DNA of 64,000 nucleotides. Source: Eledone cirrhosa. Its lineage: Eukaryota. The notes below the pieces were generated by a model. That model searched no databases. It had not been told where the DNA came from and was given only the letters and a program-made list of their open reading frames with translations. Positions 1 through 15,026 of the stretch are shown one piece after another. The DNA lies in the NCBI GenBank assembly GCA_964016885.1, contig OZ024742.1, forward strand, positions 27,838,001 to 27,902,000, written 5' to 3'. A program made the translations under genes and the position numbers. How positions within the stretch are numbered: position 1 is the first letter of the stretch; each line of letters opens with the position of its first letter.

Positions 1-268
1 AAAAAACACATCAAAAGATACAGTACAATGAAGGTAACAAGTCAGTCAATCATATTGGTGGCCTCCCCACAGCCCCGGCAGACAGAATGGAGAAGGTGTT
101 TCCTCGGAGGACAGCAAGAGAGACGCGCTGGAAAAGCCATTCCAGCTTGCGAGGCTCACACCTGCGGCTGGCCAGCTCAGCGCCTATGGTGGTGAGTAGG
201 GAGGTAGCCCAAGGGATGAGGACACCAGAGGTCTCCACTGCCAAGAGCACAACCGCAAACCTGTCGGA
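1..268 (-). mobile_element. 3' fragment of a CRE-clade-like non-LTR retrotransposon (C-terminus of restriction-like endonuclease)
   Basis: Translation DRFAVVLLAVETSG...LEWLFQRVSLAVLRGNTFSIL* fits the 'ETxG...FQRISxAxxRGN' tail of CRE-type REL ORFs. It is 5'-truncated at a TATATA run (~269) and the 3' UTR runs off the window. Confidence 0.65.
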
Positions 269-560
269 GATATATATTTGTTTAATGTTTGAAAAATGTC
301 TTTATATTTCAGACACTAGTCCTTCACCAGAAGATAGAATGAGAAATAAAAGAAAAAGTAGAAAGATGGAGAGTGAGAAGTAACAGGGAAAAAGTTTTTT
401 TTGCGAAGAAGCATGTATATATATATTGTAAGGGCAAATATATATTTGTGTATGTATATATTTATGTGTGTGTATACATATACATATAGTCAATATGACA
501 AAATAGCAAGGTTAACAACTTACATTCATTCTTTTAGTACTCCACTATAATCACATATAT

Positions 561-606
<46 letters not shown>

Positions 607-611
<5 letters not shown>

Positions 612-797
612 GGTAAACGGAATAGAAAATGCTGACAAATTGTTCACAGTGAAAAATAGTTTAATTAGGAATAAGTGATAATTAGTAATAGTATTGGTTA
701 GTATTAAGTTTGGGTTTTAAGTTTTACCGGTTGCGCATTTCTAATGCTTTTCAAAAATAACTTTGAGATAGAGCGTCCGTGATGTTTGCTCTGATCT
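607..797 (-). mobile_element. Short island between two (TA)n arrays with a degenerate hammerhead-like core (PLE pseudo-LTR remnant)
   Basis: Minus strand 721-757 reads TTGAAAA-gcatt(aga)aatgc-GCAA-ccgg-TA-aaac. Both flanks are (TA)n. Confidence 0.4.
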
Positions 798-1239
798 ATA
801 TATATATATATAAATATATCATATATTGAGTTAGAAACTCAAAATAGTCTTTTACAATTAAATAGCTCAAAGAAGGGAATCTTTCTGAACACATGTATAC
901 TTGCATTGGTGTTCATCCCTCTCATATATATATATATTAATTTCAACAATGGATGTTTATCAGCCTGGTGCTTATATCGCTTTCATTGGTGTTAAGTAAC
1001 TGAGAGTGCAAGTCTTACCCTGAACAGGTCACAAGTCCATCATAGGGTTAAGAGCAAACAGACAACCCTGTAATGTCTTTATGTTTATGAAGAGCATCCA
1101 GCCATAGAAAAACCATACCAAATATGGAATGTATGAGCAAAACAGGTTAACTTTACTGGTCTAGCCTTAGAAGATGACAGCACATTCAACCCAATAAAGC
1201 AGAGAAAATGGGCAATAAATGGTAATGATATTGATGGTA

Positions 1240-3500
<2,261 letters not shown>

Positions 3501-3835
3501 TCCATGCTCATATGTATGAGCATGGACATTTTTATAAATGTATATGCGTGTGTCCACTTATATATGTACATATGTGGTTTGTATGTGTGTGAGCAAGGCT
3601 GCATTATCTCGTGGGACTTTTGAAATGTTCAAATTTAATCTGATATTTCCATGAAACTCTGTTTCACAGAAGATGCAGGAAATATTGAATATCAAAGCGA
3701 GACTAATACCAAATAATAGTTAATGTTTTGATAAATTGTTAAAAACAAATATTTCAACAATGGGATCTTGAAACATAATTATTTATAAATGTAGTTCAAG
3801 GAAACTCTTCTTTATTAGCTCTCATGTTTCTTCAC

Positions 3836-4129
3836 CGGTGTATTACTTGTACTTAAATTGTTGAAAATAGATATATGGTGTGTACTATAGAATATATCTA
3901 TAGTTTTCCTTATTACTTCACATGATCCATCATCACTAGTGTATTACTGGTACTTATATTGTTGATAATACAGATTTTACTAGATATATGGTGTGTACTA
4001 TAGAAAATATCTATAATTATCCTTATTACTTCACATGATCCATCATCACCAGTGTATTAGTGGTACTTATATTGTTGATAATACAGAGTTTACTAGATAT
4101 ATGGTGTGTATTATAGCATATATCTATAG
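3836..4129. repeat. Tandem repeat, unit ~112 bp, ~2.6 copies
   Basis: Recurring 'gtgtattactggtacttatattgttga...tagatatatggtgtgtactatagaa...ttacttcacatgatccatcatcac'. The unit start resembles part of the SINE body. Confidence 0.85.
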
Positions 4130-5017
4130 CCACCACCTATGTATAAGCAGATGTAAGAATCTAGTTACTATCAGTTTCACAGATTCTAAAAGTAAGACTT
4201 GAATTATCATCACCATCATCACCGTTTAATGTCCATGTTTCCATGCTAGCATGATTTAGATGAGTTGTCCCTTTGTGAGACAAGTCAGATCATGTTTCTA
4301 TAGTTGGGTGTCTTTCCTAATGCCAACCACAATTACAGTGTTTACTGAGTACTTTTTATCATAGCACTGAAATAACCACTTTAAATTGTGGGCTGGGCAC
4401 TTTTTGTCATGCCACCTACACAACCATTTTAACCTGTTGACTGCTGTGTATATTTTACACAGCTACAGTTGCTGTGACGGTGTTTTTTTTTTCAGTAAAA
4501 TGACTATTTTTTTAAACAAACATTTATTAACAACACATATCTGAATGATTGACAGATGTCACATCAATATACTAGTAATTCCATCTAGCTTTGAAGTTAT
4601 GAACTGTTGGAAACAAGTTCAGACGTGTTAGGGTGAGTTATCTAATCTGTGACACTAGAATACATACATGTTAGGATGAGTTATCTTGTCTACAGCAGAG
4701 AAGAGATTAAAGCATGGACTAGGTTCTTTTAATCATGGCATCAAAACAACTAACTTACGGAGTGGACTGGGTGCTTGTTTGTCATGTCACTGGCACAACA
4801 ACGTTACATGGTGGACTGAGTGCTTTTTTGTCATGTCACCAGCATTGGACAAGTAAATAAAATAGCAGGTGACATACCAACATCTTTGTTGTCTTCAATG
4901 TATTCCAAAATCTACCATCCATTTTGCATAACCGTAGCCTTTAAATAGCATACTACTTCATATATATATATCCTCATTATCATCAACATTTAACGTCCAT
5001 TTTCGATACATATATAT

Positions 5018-5224
5018 GTGAGTCCTGGGTTCAGTCAGGAGCAACTACAGTAAGTAAGTACTCAATACATTAGTAGAGTGTAAACATCAAGTTTAATATA
5101 GAAATGGCTTCCACTGGACTAGAACTATCTCATTTAAAAGAAATTATCAAGAAAACTTTCCTGTTGATTTCTTTTGAATGAAACAGTTTTAGTCATGTAG
5201 AAGCCATTTCTTTATTAAACTTGA
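5018..5224 (-). mobile_element. Fold-back PLE pseudo-LTR island with hammerhead core
   Basis: Inverted arms 5086-5154/5157-5224 with about 11 mismatches. Sense-read cores are CTGTTGA...GAAA-cagttt-TA and TTGATAA...GAGA-tagttc-TA. Single-copy tail carries TACACTCT...ATTGAGTACT. TA flanks. Confidence 0.65.
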
Positions 5225-6496
5225 TATATATATAATGTGTTATAGGAAATAATGCCCAATGTCTACCCTTAAACTATCTTGATGGCAACAAGCCTTAACT
5301 ATTTATAGTGCATGTGTAAGTGTACATGCATATGTGTGTGTGTGTCTGAACAGCAGATGGCACCTAACAACAGAAGAATGTTCAACCAATCAAAACATGA
5401 AGGTAATATTCAGTGCAGTTTTTTTAATATTATTATTATTTTTTACCATTAATAACTAATTATTTTTCTTATTAATTAGTATTATCAATAAATCATATAA
5501 TTAGTTTAGGAAATGAATGGTGTTTCAGAACTAAATAGGAATAGAAATGTTTCCCCCTCTTCCTCCCCCTTATCTCTCTTTCTCTCACTCCCTCTCTCTT
5601 TCGCTCACTCCATCTCCTTCACTCTTTCCCTCACTACCTCTTTCTTTCTACCATCCTCCTTAAGGATAATAGCAATAGTGATGAAAGGCTTAGACGTGAG
5701 ATGGAATCATATATTGCAGGAAAACCATGAACATGTAAACACTGATGATGATGATGATAATGATAGTTGAGATGACAAGTTAATGATGATTATGTACAGC
5801 AGATTTCCCCCAGAGAAGGGTAGAAAGTGAGAAAAAGATATAGAGGAAGAATTGACCCCAGAACTAGACTGGTTCTTTTTTTAATCAACCTTGAATGGAT
5901 GCAAGGCAAAGTTGACATCAGTGAGAACTGAACTCAGAGACCAGAGCCAAAACAAGTACCACAAACCAATTTCTATCCAATGTCCTAATGACTGCCAATA
6001 TTCCACCTGGATTTCCTATACATATTTGAAAATGGAAAATACAAGCAAGTCATTGTCATCTAAGCTTTCTAGGAGAGTGGTAAGTTTGAATAAGAATTCA
6101 CTGAGATGATGACAATATGCCCAATATACGCTAGAATAAAATGTTGGTTGGTCTGAATGTGAACTGGCTTGGGTTATGACAACATGCCCAAAATATGCTA
6201 GATTAAAAATTTAGTTGAAAAATAAAGATGATGATGATTATTTGAGGTGGTTGATAAAACATAATATCTAGAAAATAATGGATAATCTAGGACATATGTA
6301 TATCATCGTCATATTTTCCTTGCTGGAATGGGTTGGATAAAATTGTTTGAGGTAGTATTCCACAGCTGGATGTCCTTCCTGATGCCAACCCCAAAGTTTT
6401 AAGTGTAATACATTATTCCGCCAACCTTCACCCAGAAGATCACTAAATTTCAGAATGTAAACAGGCAGTATCTGCTTCAATAGTTTCAACATGAAG

Positions 6497-6531
<35 letters not shown>

Positions 6532-7370
6532 CACAAAGATTGCGAGAATTCTTCAGCCATGTCAATGACATGACAACCTTTGTATTGCTAGTACCATGAT
6601 GATAGGCAACCAATGGACATTGTAAAATGCAGGAACCTATGTAAGCAAGATGAGGCCCTTTCGGCTGTCTAAAATATCAGTAGCACCAAATAAATACTAA
6701 CTTAGCTTGTGACAAATGGTCTAACCCTTGTTAGTAGAGAAAAAGAATATCAAAAGATGAAGATGATGACGATGATGATGATCATGACGATGATGATGGC
6801 GATGATGATGACAATGATGATGATGGCGATGATGATGATGGCGATGATGATGAAACCCCCCCTACACATTTTCCATTGACCATATTCACTCACAAGGCAT
6901 TGTTCAACTGAGGGTTATAGTAGAAAACAACCAAAATGCCACACAGTGGGACCAAACCTGAAACCATATGCTAACACAACAAACATCTTAACTATACAGA
7001 CATGTTGTAGTGGTAAGTTACTTTGTTGTATTTTAATAACCCTAAAAATCTAAAGCAATATTTTTGTTATCATATTTGATATTCCATGAGTTGTGTATTG
7101 TGTCTTTGAAATAATATCACATATGAATTATATCACCATCATGTATAGTTTTTTTGTCTACTGGACATCAAAGGGCCATAAGTATATATATATTTGGTGT
7201 AATCAGTCTAACACCCTTTGTTGATCCATACTGTTTAGATGAAAGGTAAAGATTACAACCCCAGGACAATTTGAACTCAGAACTTAATAATAACTGCAAT
7301 AATGCCATAATAATAATAACACAAATACAAAATATTTTATGATATATATATAAATGTTTGTGTGTGTGTA

Positions 7371-7449
<79 letters not shown>

Positions 7450-7620
7450 CTATATATACATATGTATGTGTGTCTATATATATATAATCAAAGTACAAAA
7501 TAATAAATTATATATATATATATAAGTGCTGCACCAGCATGGCCTTTGCTGTAATGGATAATACAAACTGCAGCAAATATACAGAATACAATCATCAAAT
7601 AATTCACATACATACACTCT

Positions 7621-7653
<33 letters not shown>

Positions 7654-7837
7654 CCACATAAACATACACACATATATATATGCATAAACACTCACACATA
7701 TATACATATGCATATATATCCATATAAACATACACACATGTATATCCACAAAAACGTACCGATATACATCAACATAAACACATGCACACACATATATACG
7801 CATGCATATATATTCATACAAACACACACACACATAC

Positions 7838-7875
<38 letters not shown>

Positions 7876-8253
7876 CCATATGTGTGTGTATATATTCCAG
7901 GTTTTTAGAATAGACACTCCATGTCTCTGTTTGTCATAAGAAGCAACTAAATGAGATGACATCAGAAATGGCATCCAGCCATAAATCACTCTCTCTTACA
8001 ACTCCATCTACCTCATGTAAGCATTGAAAAGCAGCTGTAAATATGATGATGATGGTGGGGAGGATAAGGAGGAGGATGACAATGATGATTTCTAACACAG
8101 ACACAAGACTACCAATATTGGGGCCCTACATTGACAACCCTTTCATTGCCATATTTCTAATGAAAGACAATTTCTATGAAAATCAAAATTAGAATTTGGT
8201 TTCTTGCTCTAACATAGTGGATACGTAAATGTATTTGTGAGTTTTATATTGAA

Positions 8254-8968
8254 TAATAATTGTTTCTACTTTTGGCACAAGGCCAGCAATTATCCCAGTG
8301 TATTACTGGTACTTTAGTTTATCGACCTCGTAAGGATGAAAGGCAAATTTAACCTCAGCAGGATTCAAACTCAGGCTGTAAAGGCCCGTAACTCTATGCT
8401 ACAAAGCATGCCGTCCTACCTTCTACCAATACTGCCAATCCACCCAATTCGTTTGCAAGCAAACAGTCTCATTACGCTATGATTTTAGATGACAATCAAC
8501 ATCCTTGTCACTGCTAGAACAAAAGAATGGTGATGGTCATCTAAAAACCAGCGTAATGAGGCTGTTTGCTTGGTAACAAGTTCACTCATTATCAGTAGAG
8601 GGTTGGATGTCATGCTTTCTAGCATACGTCCCTTTATGGTCTGAGTTCAAATCCCGTCAAGGTTAACTTTGCCTTTCAGCCTAACGGGGTCGATAAAATA
8701 AAGTACCAGTAATGTACTGGGTAATTGCTGGCCTTGTGCCTAAAGTAGAAACAATTATTATTATTGAATATAAGGGCAGTGGATTGGCAGAATCGGTAGA
8801 GCGTCAGACACCATGCTTTACAGCATAGAGTTATGGCTCTTTATGATCTGAGTTCAAAGCCTGCCAAGGTTAGCTTTACCTTTCCTCCTTATGGTATCGA
8901 TAAAATAAAGTACCAGTAATGCACTATGATAATTGCTGGCCTTGTGCCAAAAGTAGAAACAATTATTA
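8254..8968. mobile_element. Cluster of three tRNA-derived Nin-domain SINEs (8254-8445 minus; ~8590-8765 plus; 8773-8968 plus)
   Basis: A-box TGGCAGAATCGG, B-box GAGTTCAAA, central 'gcctttcatcc...ggggtcgataaaataaagtaccag' (Nin/Deu-like domain), 3' end ggccttgtgccaaaagtagaaac+(att)n. Confidence 0.85.
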
Positions 8969-9144
8969 TCTGATATAAAACTCACCCTGCCTTTGATTTT
9001 CAATTCATTTTGAAATGATTTAGTATCAATATTATAACTAAAGGGTGGAAAATTGACTGAGTCAGTAGATGTCAGGCAGAATACTTTCCAGTATTGGTTA
9101 CATCTCTCTGAGGTCACATCCTGTCAATGTCAACTTTGCCTTTC

Positions 9145-9224
9145 AAGAAGAAGAAGAAGAAGAAGAAGAAGAAGAAGAAGAAGAAGAAGAAGAAGAAGAA
9201 GAAGAAGAAGAAGAAGAAGAAGAA
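9145..9224. repeat. (GAA)n microsatellite
   Basis: Pure GAA run. Confidence 0.95.
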
Positions 9225-9430
9225 ATTTTTTAGATAAATATTAACATAATTGTTCAGGTTTAAGGATGGGGGGGTCATCGCTGTTCCTAGTAGGATCTCT
9301 GTTTTACAAGGATCCCTATTTGACAAGAGGTGCTCAGCACATATATCACCTTCGTTCCTTGATAACTCCGACTGTGTTGACAACTGATCCAACCTTTGCC
9401 AGCAGGGAAAACAGATTTAAATGATGATGA

Positions 9431-9790
9431 TAATAATTGTTTCTACTTTTGACACAAGACCAGCAATTACCCAGTGTATTACTGATACTTTATTTTATCG
9501 ACCTTGTAAGGATGAAAGGCAAAGTTAACCTCGGCGGGATTAACTTTGCCTTTCATCCTTACAGGGTCGATAAAATAAAGTACCAGTAATATACCGGGTA
9601 TTTGCTGGCCTTGTGCCAAAAGTAGAAACAATTATTATCCTTGGTGGATTGGCAGTATCGGAAGAGAGTCGGACACCATGCTCTGCAGCATAGAGTTACG
9701 GGCCTTTACGATCTGTGTTCAAATCCCGCCGAGGTTAACTTTGCCTTTCATCCTTATGGGGTCGATAAAATAAAGTACCAGTAATGCACT
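9431..9790. mobile_element. Head-to-head palindrome of two SINE 3' halves followed by a third SINE copy
   Basis: 9431-9528 is the reverse complement of 9540-9637, with an 11-nt loop. 9643-9790 is a plus-strand SINE with A and B boxes. Confidence 0.85.
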
Positions 9791-9996
9791 AGGTGATGAG
9801 TATTTTGCATTGCATGTAGTGCTGAGTTCAATATACCCTCATGACCACTGTACTGACCATGACCTAGTCCAGACAGGGATGAATACATATCAGTGAGAAA
9901 GAGAGCAATATATATAGAGAGAGAGAGGGGGGTGAAACATTGATTGATAGACAGAAATATATATATTGGGAATATAATTAAGAATGTAGGCTTCAC

Positions 9997-10964
9997 ATGC
10001 AGCAGCTGTGCTGGGACAGCAGCAAACAGCCACAGGAAACAAGTACCACCAATCTCTGGGAGAGCTCTGTAGAAACAGTAGACAGCTTCTGCTACCTAGG
10101 TGACCAAATTAGCAGCGGAGGTGGGTGTTCAGAAAGTACAATAACTAGGGTAAGAACGGGATGGAAGAAGTTTAGGGAACTACTACCACTGCTAGCTGCA
10201 AAAGGCTTCTCCCTCAAAATGAAAGGCAGACTGAATGATGTGTGTATCCGAACAGCGATGTTGCATGGTAGTGAGACCTGGGCGCTGAAGGTGGAAGACT
10301 TACGTAGATTAGAGAGAAACGACGCCTGCATGCTCCGATGGATGTGTAACAGTAATATATGTGAACGACAAAGCATAAATGAATTAAGAGAGAGACTGAG
10401 CATAAGAGGAATCAAATGCTGTGTGCAGGAGAGGCGGTTGTGCTGGTATGGACATATGATGTGTATGAAGGTTGACAGCTGCATAAAAAGGTGCAGAGCA
10501 CTAGAAGTCGATGGAAACCGCGGAGTGGGGAGACCCAAGATGACCTGGGATGAGGTGATAAAAGCCGACCTTACCCAATTACACCTCTCAAAGGCAATGA
10601 CACACGACCGTGACCTCTGGCGTCACGCAGTAATACAGAGTACCTGACCTCCCATGGGTACAAGCTGAAGCATATAGACAATATGCCCCCACACCCCCCA
10701 CCGCAAGGTGGTCGTGGAGGTGCCACGGCAAAAAAGCACCCAGCCCACACTGTAAAGTGGACATGTAGGCGCCACGAAAAAGCACCCAGCACTCACTGTA
10801 AATGAGGTTGGTGTTAGGAAGGGCATCCAGCTGAAGAAATCAAGCCAAATCAGTTCCTATATGAGCAAGGCATGGTCAGCCGACCAGACACTGCTCACAA
10901 CAGGACAACCTGTCTAACCCATGCTAGTGTGGAAGAACGGACGTAAAACGGTGATGATGATGAT
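9997..10964 (+). mobile_element. 5'-truncated RTE-clade LINE (ORF2 C-terminus + 3' UTR + (GAT)n tail)
   Basis: Motifs FCYLG, MLHGSETW, RRLCWYGH, RGVGRPKMTW. 3' UTR with ~41-bp subrepeats ends cggacgtaaaacggtgatgatgatg next to (TA)n. Confidence 0.92.
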
Positions 10965-11826
10965 ATATATATAGAGAGAGGGGGGTGGGGCAGATTGATA
11001 GATAAATAGAAATATATATATATACAGAAAGAGAGAGAGAGAAATATATAGATAGTGACACAAAATGAAAGGTGATACTTTTGCCAATGAAGGACATATT
11101 CACTAATGTCACATGTCTTGTATAAGAAAACTTTACATCTGATCCAATAATTAGTCAGCATTGAAACATAATCTCATCTTCTATTAATGCATTATGTAGC
11201 ATTCTTCACCAACCAGCTTGATATTTCAGTCATCTTTTGATATTTATTTACCTTACATCAGAAAAAATGTTTTGGTTCTCTCTAAAACAACAAAGAATTG
11301 TCTTTATTTTTTATAGCTTGTAGCTTGCTCTACAAGTGTATATGTACTTTGTGTGTGTGAGAGTGTATGTGTGTGTCTGTGTGTATACAGAGACATATTT
11401 ATATATATATATATATACATACATATAAAATTTAATGTGTATTTTTGCAGGGAAAAGCGAACGTAAGATGATGATGATATATGTATATATATATGTATAT
11501 ATTCATACACACATATATATATATATATATTATATCTATAAATACATATACATGTATTAATGCATAAACACACACATATTAAATATATATATATATATAT
11601 GTATACATAATTAAATATGTATATCTCATTTAACATCCGTTTTTCCTTACTAGTTTATGTGTATGGATTTATACATTATTTTAGGTATACACACATATAT
11701 TATATATATATATTGTATATATATATTTATATGTTATACATATATTTATATATTATATATATATATTTATATGTTATATATATATATATGTATTTTATAT
11801 GATGATGAAGATGATATATATATTTC

Positions 11827-11869
<43 letters not shown>

Positions 11870-12197
11870 CTATATATATACATATATATAGATAGATAGA
11901 TAGAGATATTCAATATATATATGTGTCTATCTGTGAGTAGATATATATATATGTTTATATGATGCGTAAAAATACAAACAGTAAAGTACAAGTAAACACT
12001 TGTAAGAAGGAATTTCTTAACTATGTTATAGCATACATAGACACAGTCAGATATATAGCTTACATATACATACATAGATATATAGCTTACATATATACAC
12101 ACAGATGTATTGCTTACACATACACACACAGATATATAGCTTACATACCGACATGCAGAAATATATTATAGCTTAAATACACACACTCATATATATA

Positions 12198-12559
12198 GAT
12201 GGTGGATGGGTGCTACACGAGAATGCTGAGGATGGCTCTGAACATTAATCAGTATACACTGAGGATGAAAAACTCAGAGCTGTATGGGAGCCTCCCAAAA
12301 ATCAGCTCAAAGGTGACACAGAGGAGACTGAGGTTAGCTGGACATGCTCACCGACATCCAGAGTTGACATTGCACTCAGTGCTCCTGTGGGAGCCCCTGC
12401 ATGGACACACTGGAATAGGAAGACCAAGGTTAACGTATGTTGATGCCGTAAGGACAGACAGTGGTCTGTTAGAGACGCAGGACAGGGCAACGATAATGAG
12501 GGACAGAGACCACAGGAGAGAACTTGTCCATGGATCTCGGGAATTTTACCCGCCCTAGA
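12198..12559 (+). mobile_element. 5'-truncated RTE-like LINE, second family
   Basis: DGCYTRMLRMALN...ELYGSLP...RRLRLAGH...GRPRLTYVD...DRD. Begins and ends in TA runs. Confidence 0.85.
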
Positions 12560-12569
12560 AATATATATA

Positions 12570-14673
12570 GTAGTAGGATAGAGAACCTTAACAAACATAT
12601 ACACAGGTTCTTCAAGTCATACGGCCTATCCATAACTATGGACCTCAACCACAGGGTTGTCAACTTCCTGGACGTGACCCTGGAGTTGAGTACGGGCTTA
12701 TACAAGCCATACCATAAGCCTGGAGAGTGCCTCTCATATTAATTATGCCTCCAACCACTCTAAGCAGACTCCAACTCCATAGTCTATAGTATCTCACATA
12801 GAATCTCGAGGCTATCCGCCAATGAGGATATCTTCAACCAAGCGGCAGATTACTACAATAGGGCCTTGATAAGCGCCGGCTTTAACCGAGGAATTTCCTA
12901 CATCCCTAACGCTAGCTCTAGAAACCACCCCTCTCATAAAACGAACGTTATAGTAAGCCATACCTATAACCGATCACGCGGCGACCTCGTTGAAGTCGGA
13001 TATAATAAAATAGATAACCGCACTAAAGATCACGACCCCGGCGACGGTGAACACTGTAGATTACTCGAGCTATTTCCCTATTACAAAACCAACAAAGGTG
13101 ACGGCCTACTACCAACGCCTTCCAACAAACATCTTCCTGTACATAAACATGGAAGAGGTAGGAAGAGTGCACCCGAGCATAAAGTGAAAGGGGCACCGAG
13201 CGGGCGACTGCGCATTAACACACATAAGAGCGGTCACCTAGATGGAACCACCCGTAGCAAAAGTACAAGGACACGTAATCGCCACCGTAACGTCCTATGG
13301 TTCCAGTCCCCCTACTCTCGGAGTGTGGCCTCCAACATACCCCGGATGTTCTTCGAAGCCTTAGAGAAGAACTTCCCGCCCAACCATAGGTATAGAAAAA
13401 TTCTTAATAGGAACAATATAAAAATATCCTTCTCTACTACTTCTAACCTAGCAGACATCATAGGAACAACGAACTACAGCAAGATCACCAAGACACAGCA
13501 CCTCGACACAGACGCACCTACACCTGACAATAACTATATCGGCCTTAACAACTCCCTGGCAGCATCCAATAGTGTTGGCAACGGCATCCGCAGACGCAAC
13601 CAGCGTGCTGTGGGTTGTAATGGTGCTAACGACAGCTGCGGTAGCGTAGGTAACAACGTAGGCAGCAACAATGATAGCCTTACCGTGGGAAATAGACGGA
13701 ACTGCAACAGAGGACGCTGCCCCCTTAGAGGATACTGCTTGACTGATAGGGTTATATATATATGCACTATTACTAGCCACAATAGCGTTAAACATTATAT
13801 AGGGGCTACCTCTGGCTCGTTCAAAATTAGGTTTCGAACACATCTCCACTCTTTCACAAATAGAAAACTAAGGCACTCCACTTCGCTCGCGGACTACATC
13901 ACATCACAAAGGACTTAAACATCAGCTTCTCCACGCACTGGGAGATTGTCGGCAGGGCTGCACCGTACAACTTCAAGAGGAAATGCGATCTTTGCCTCAT
14001 GGAGCTCTACCACATCATAACTGCACCCCACGAGCTCATCAACAGCAGAGCTGAAACAGCGATATGTTGTACACATCGCTTAAAAATATCCTTCTTCAGA
14101 TGGGTTAAGGATGAGGAGTGAAACCGTACACTGGATCTCCCTGCAACAAGTATTAACACCCCGGCGGGCAGGCGCTGCAAAATAACACCCAGGAAACAAT
14201 CCTTGCATACCAGACCCAGCCTCAGACAAACAGATTGCGGCAAAAAAAAAAAAAAAAAAAATTGTCCGGGAAAGACTGCTCTAACACCTGCCAGAGTTAC
14301 CTCCCTTGACCTGCTGCAAAATCAAAACAAGCTATTTTTGCGAGCAATGAACCTTGATGTGGATTTAACCCCCAAAACTTTTTCCGAGCAATATAAGGAA
14401 CACTTTTGATTATTTATGCCCTTGAGAAGCCCAACTGGGCGAAACGTACGTAGGTGCTGTTTTAAATAAACATGTTTTAACGGCCTTAATCTCCGATTTT
14501 TTACTTTCCCACGTGCTTACGCTCTGCTAACTCTCTAGCCCACTAAATATTAACACTTCGAATATTTAATATTGCCGGCATTAATATCGAGCACCTTTGG
14601 CATACGCTACTTGGCAAATAACTATATGTATCACCTATCCTCCCCTTTTTTTCTCTTTCTCGATACGTAAATA

Positions 14674-14677
<4 letters not shown>
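12570..14677 (+). mobile_element. 5'-truncated, frameshifted Penelope-like element (Naiad-type): RT thumb, Cys linker, GIY-YIG endonuclease, 3' pseudo-LTR
   Basis: VNFLDVTLEL...YKPYHKP, NYASNH, RNVLWFQSPYS, CxxxxCPLRGYC, VIY...YIGAT...FKIRFRTH, and W...CDLCLME ending at TGA 14121. Frameshifts near 12740, 12770 and 13910. Both ends lie in (TA)n. Confidence 0.9.
14418..14457 (+). ncRNA. Minimal type I hammerhead ribozyme, U3-A8 core variant
   Basis: gccc-TTGAGAA-gccc(aact)gggc-GAAA-cgtacg-TA-ggtgc, with a 4-bp helix II and palindromic helix III. Located in the PLE 3' region. Confidence 0.7.
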
Positions 14678-14711
<34 letters not shown>

Positions 14712-14871
14712 CTTACATATACACACTCAGACATTAAGTACACATGTTCTTTGATCAACATAACTGCCTATATATTGTATGCTACTTGAAGTGGCTGAGT
14801 ATTCCCTAAACATATGTACCCTTAATATAATCCTCAAACAGAATTAGTATAACATATTTTGTGACAAGAAC

Positions 14872-15026
14872 AGAGTGGGATTTACATATAAGCTAAACAA
14901 GCTATAGCTTCGGGCCCCCACACAAAAAACAGCGACAATTTGTCACTGACATAGGACATCTGGACATATAAAGGGCTCCATTATCTCAAATAGCTTAGGG
15001 CCTCATCAAATCTAAATCTGGCCCTG
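14872..15026. mobile_element. MITE remnant, CAGGGCCGGATTTA-type terminus
   Basis: Right end ctaaatctggccctg is identical to the 30792 terminus. Left end is degenerate (agagtgggattta). Confidence 0.5.

Noticed and set aside
8773-8860. tRNA-like A/B boxes
   Set aside because: They are SINE heads with extended spacing and no complete cloverleaf, repeated many times in the window.
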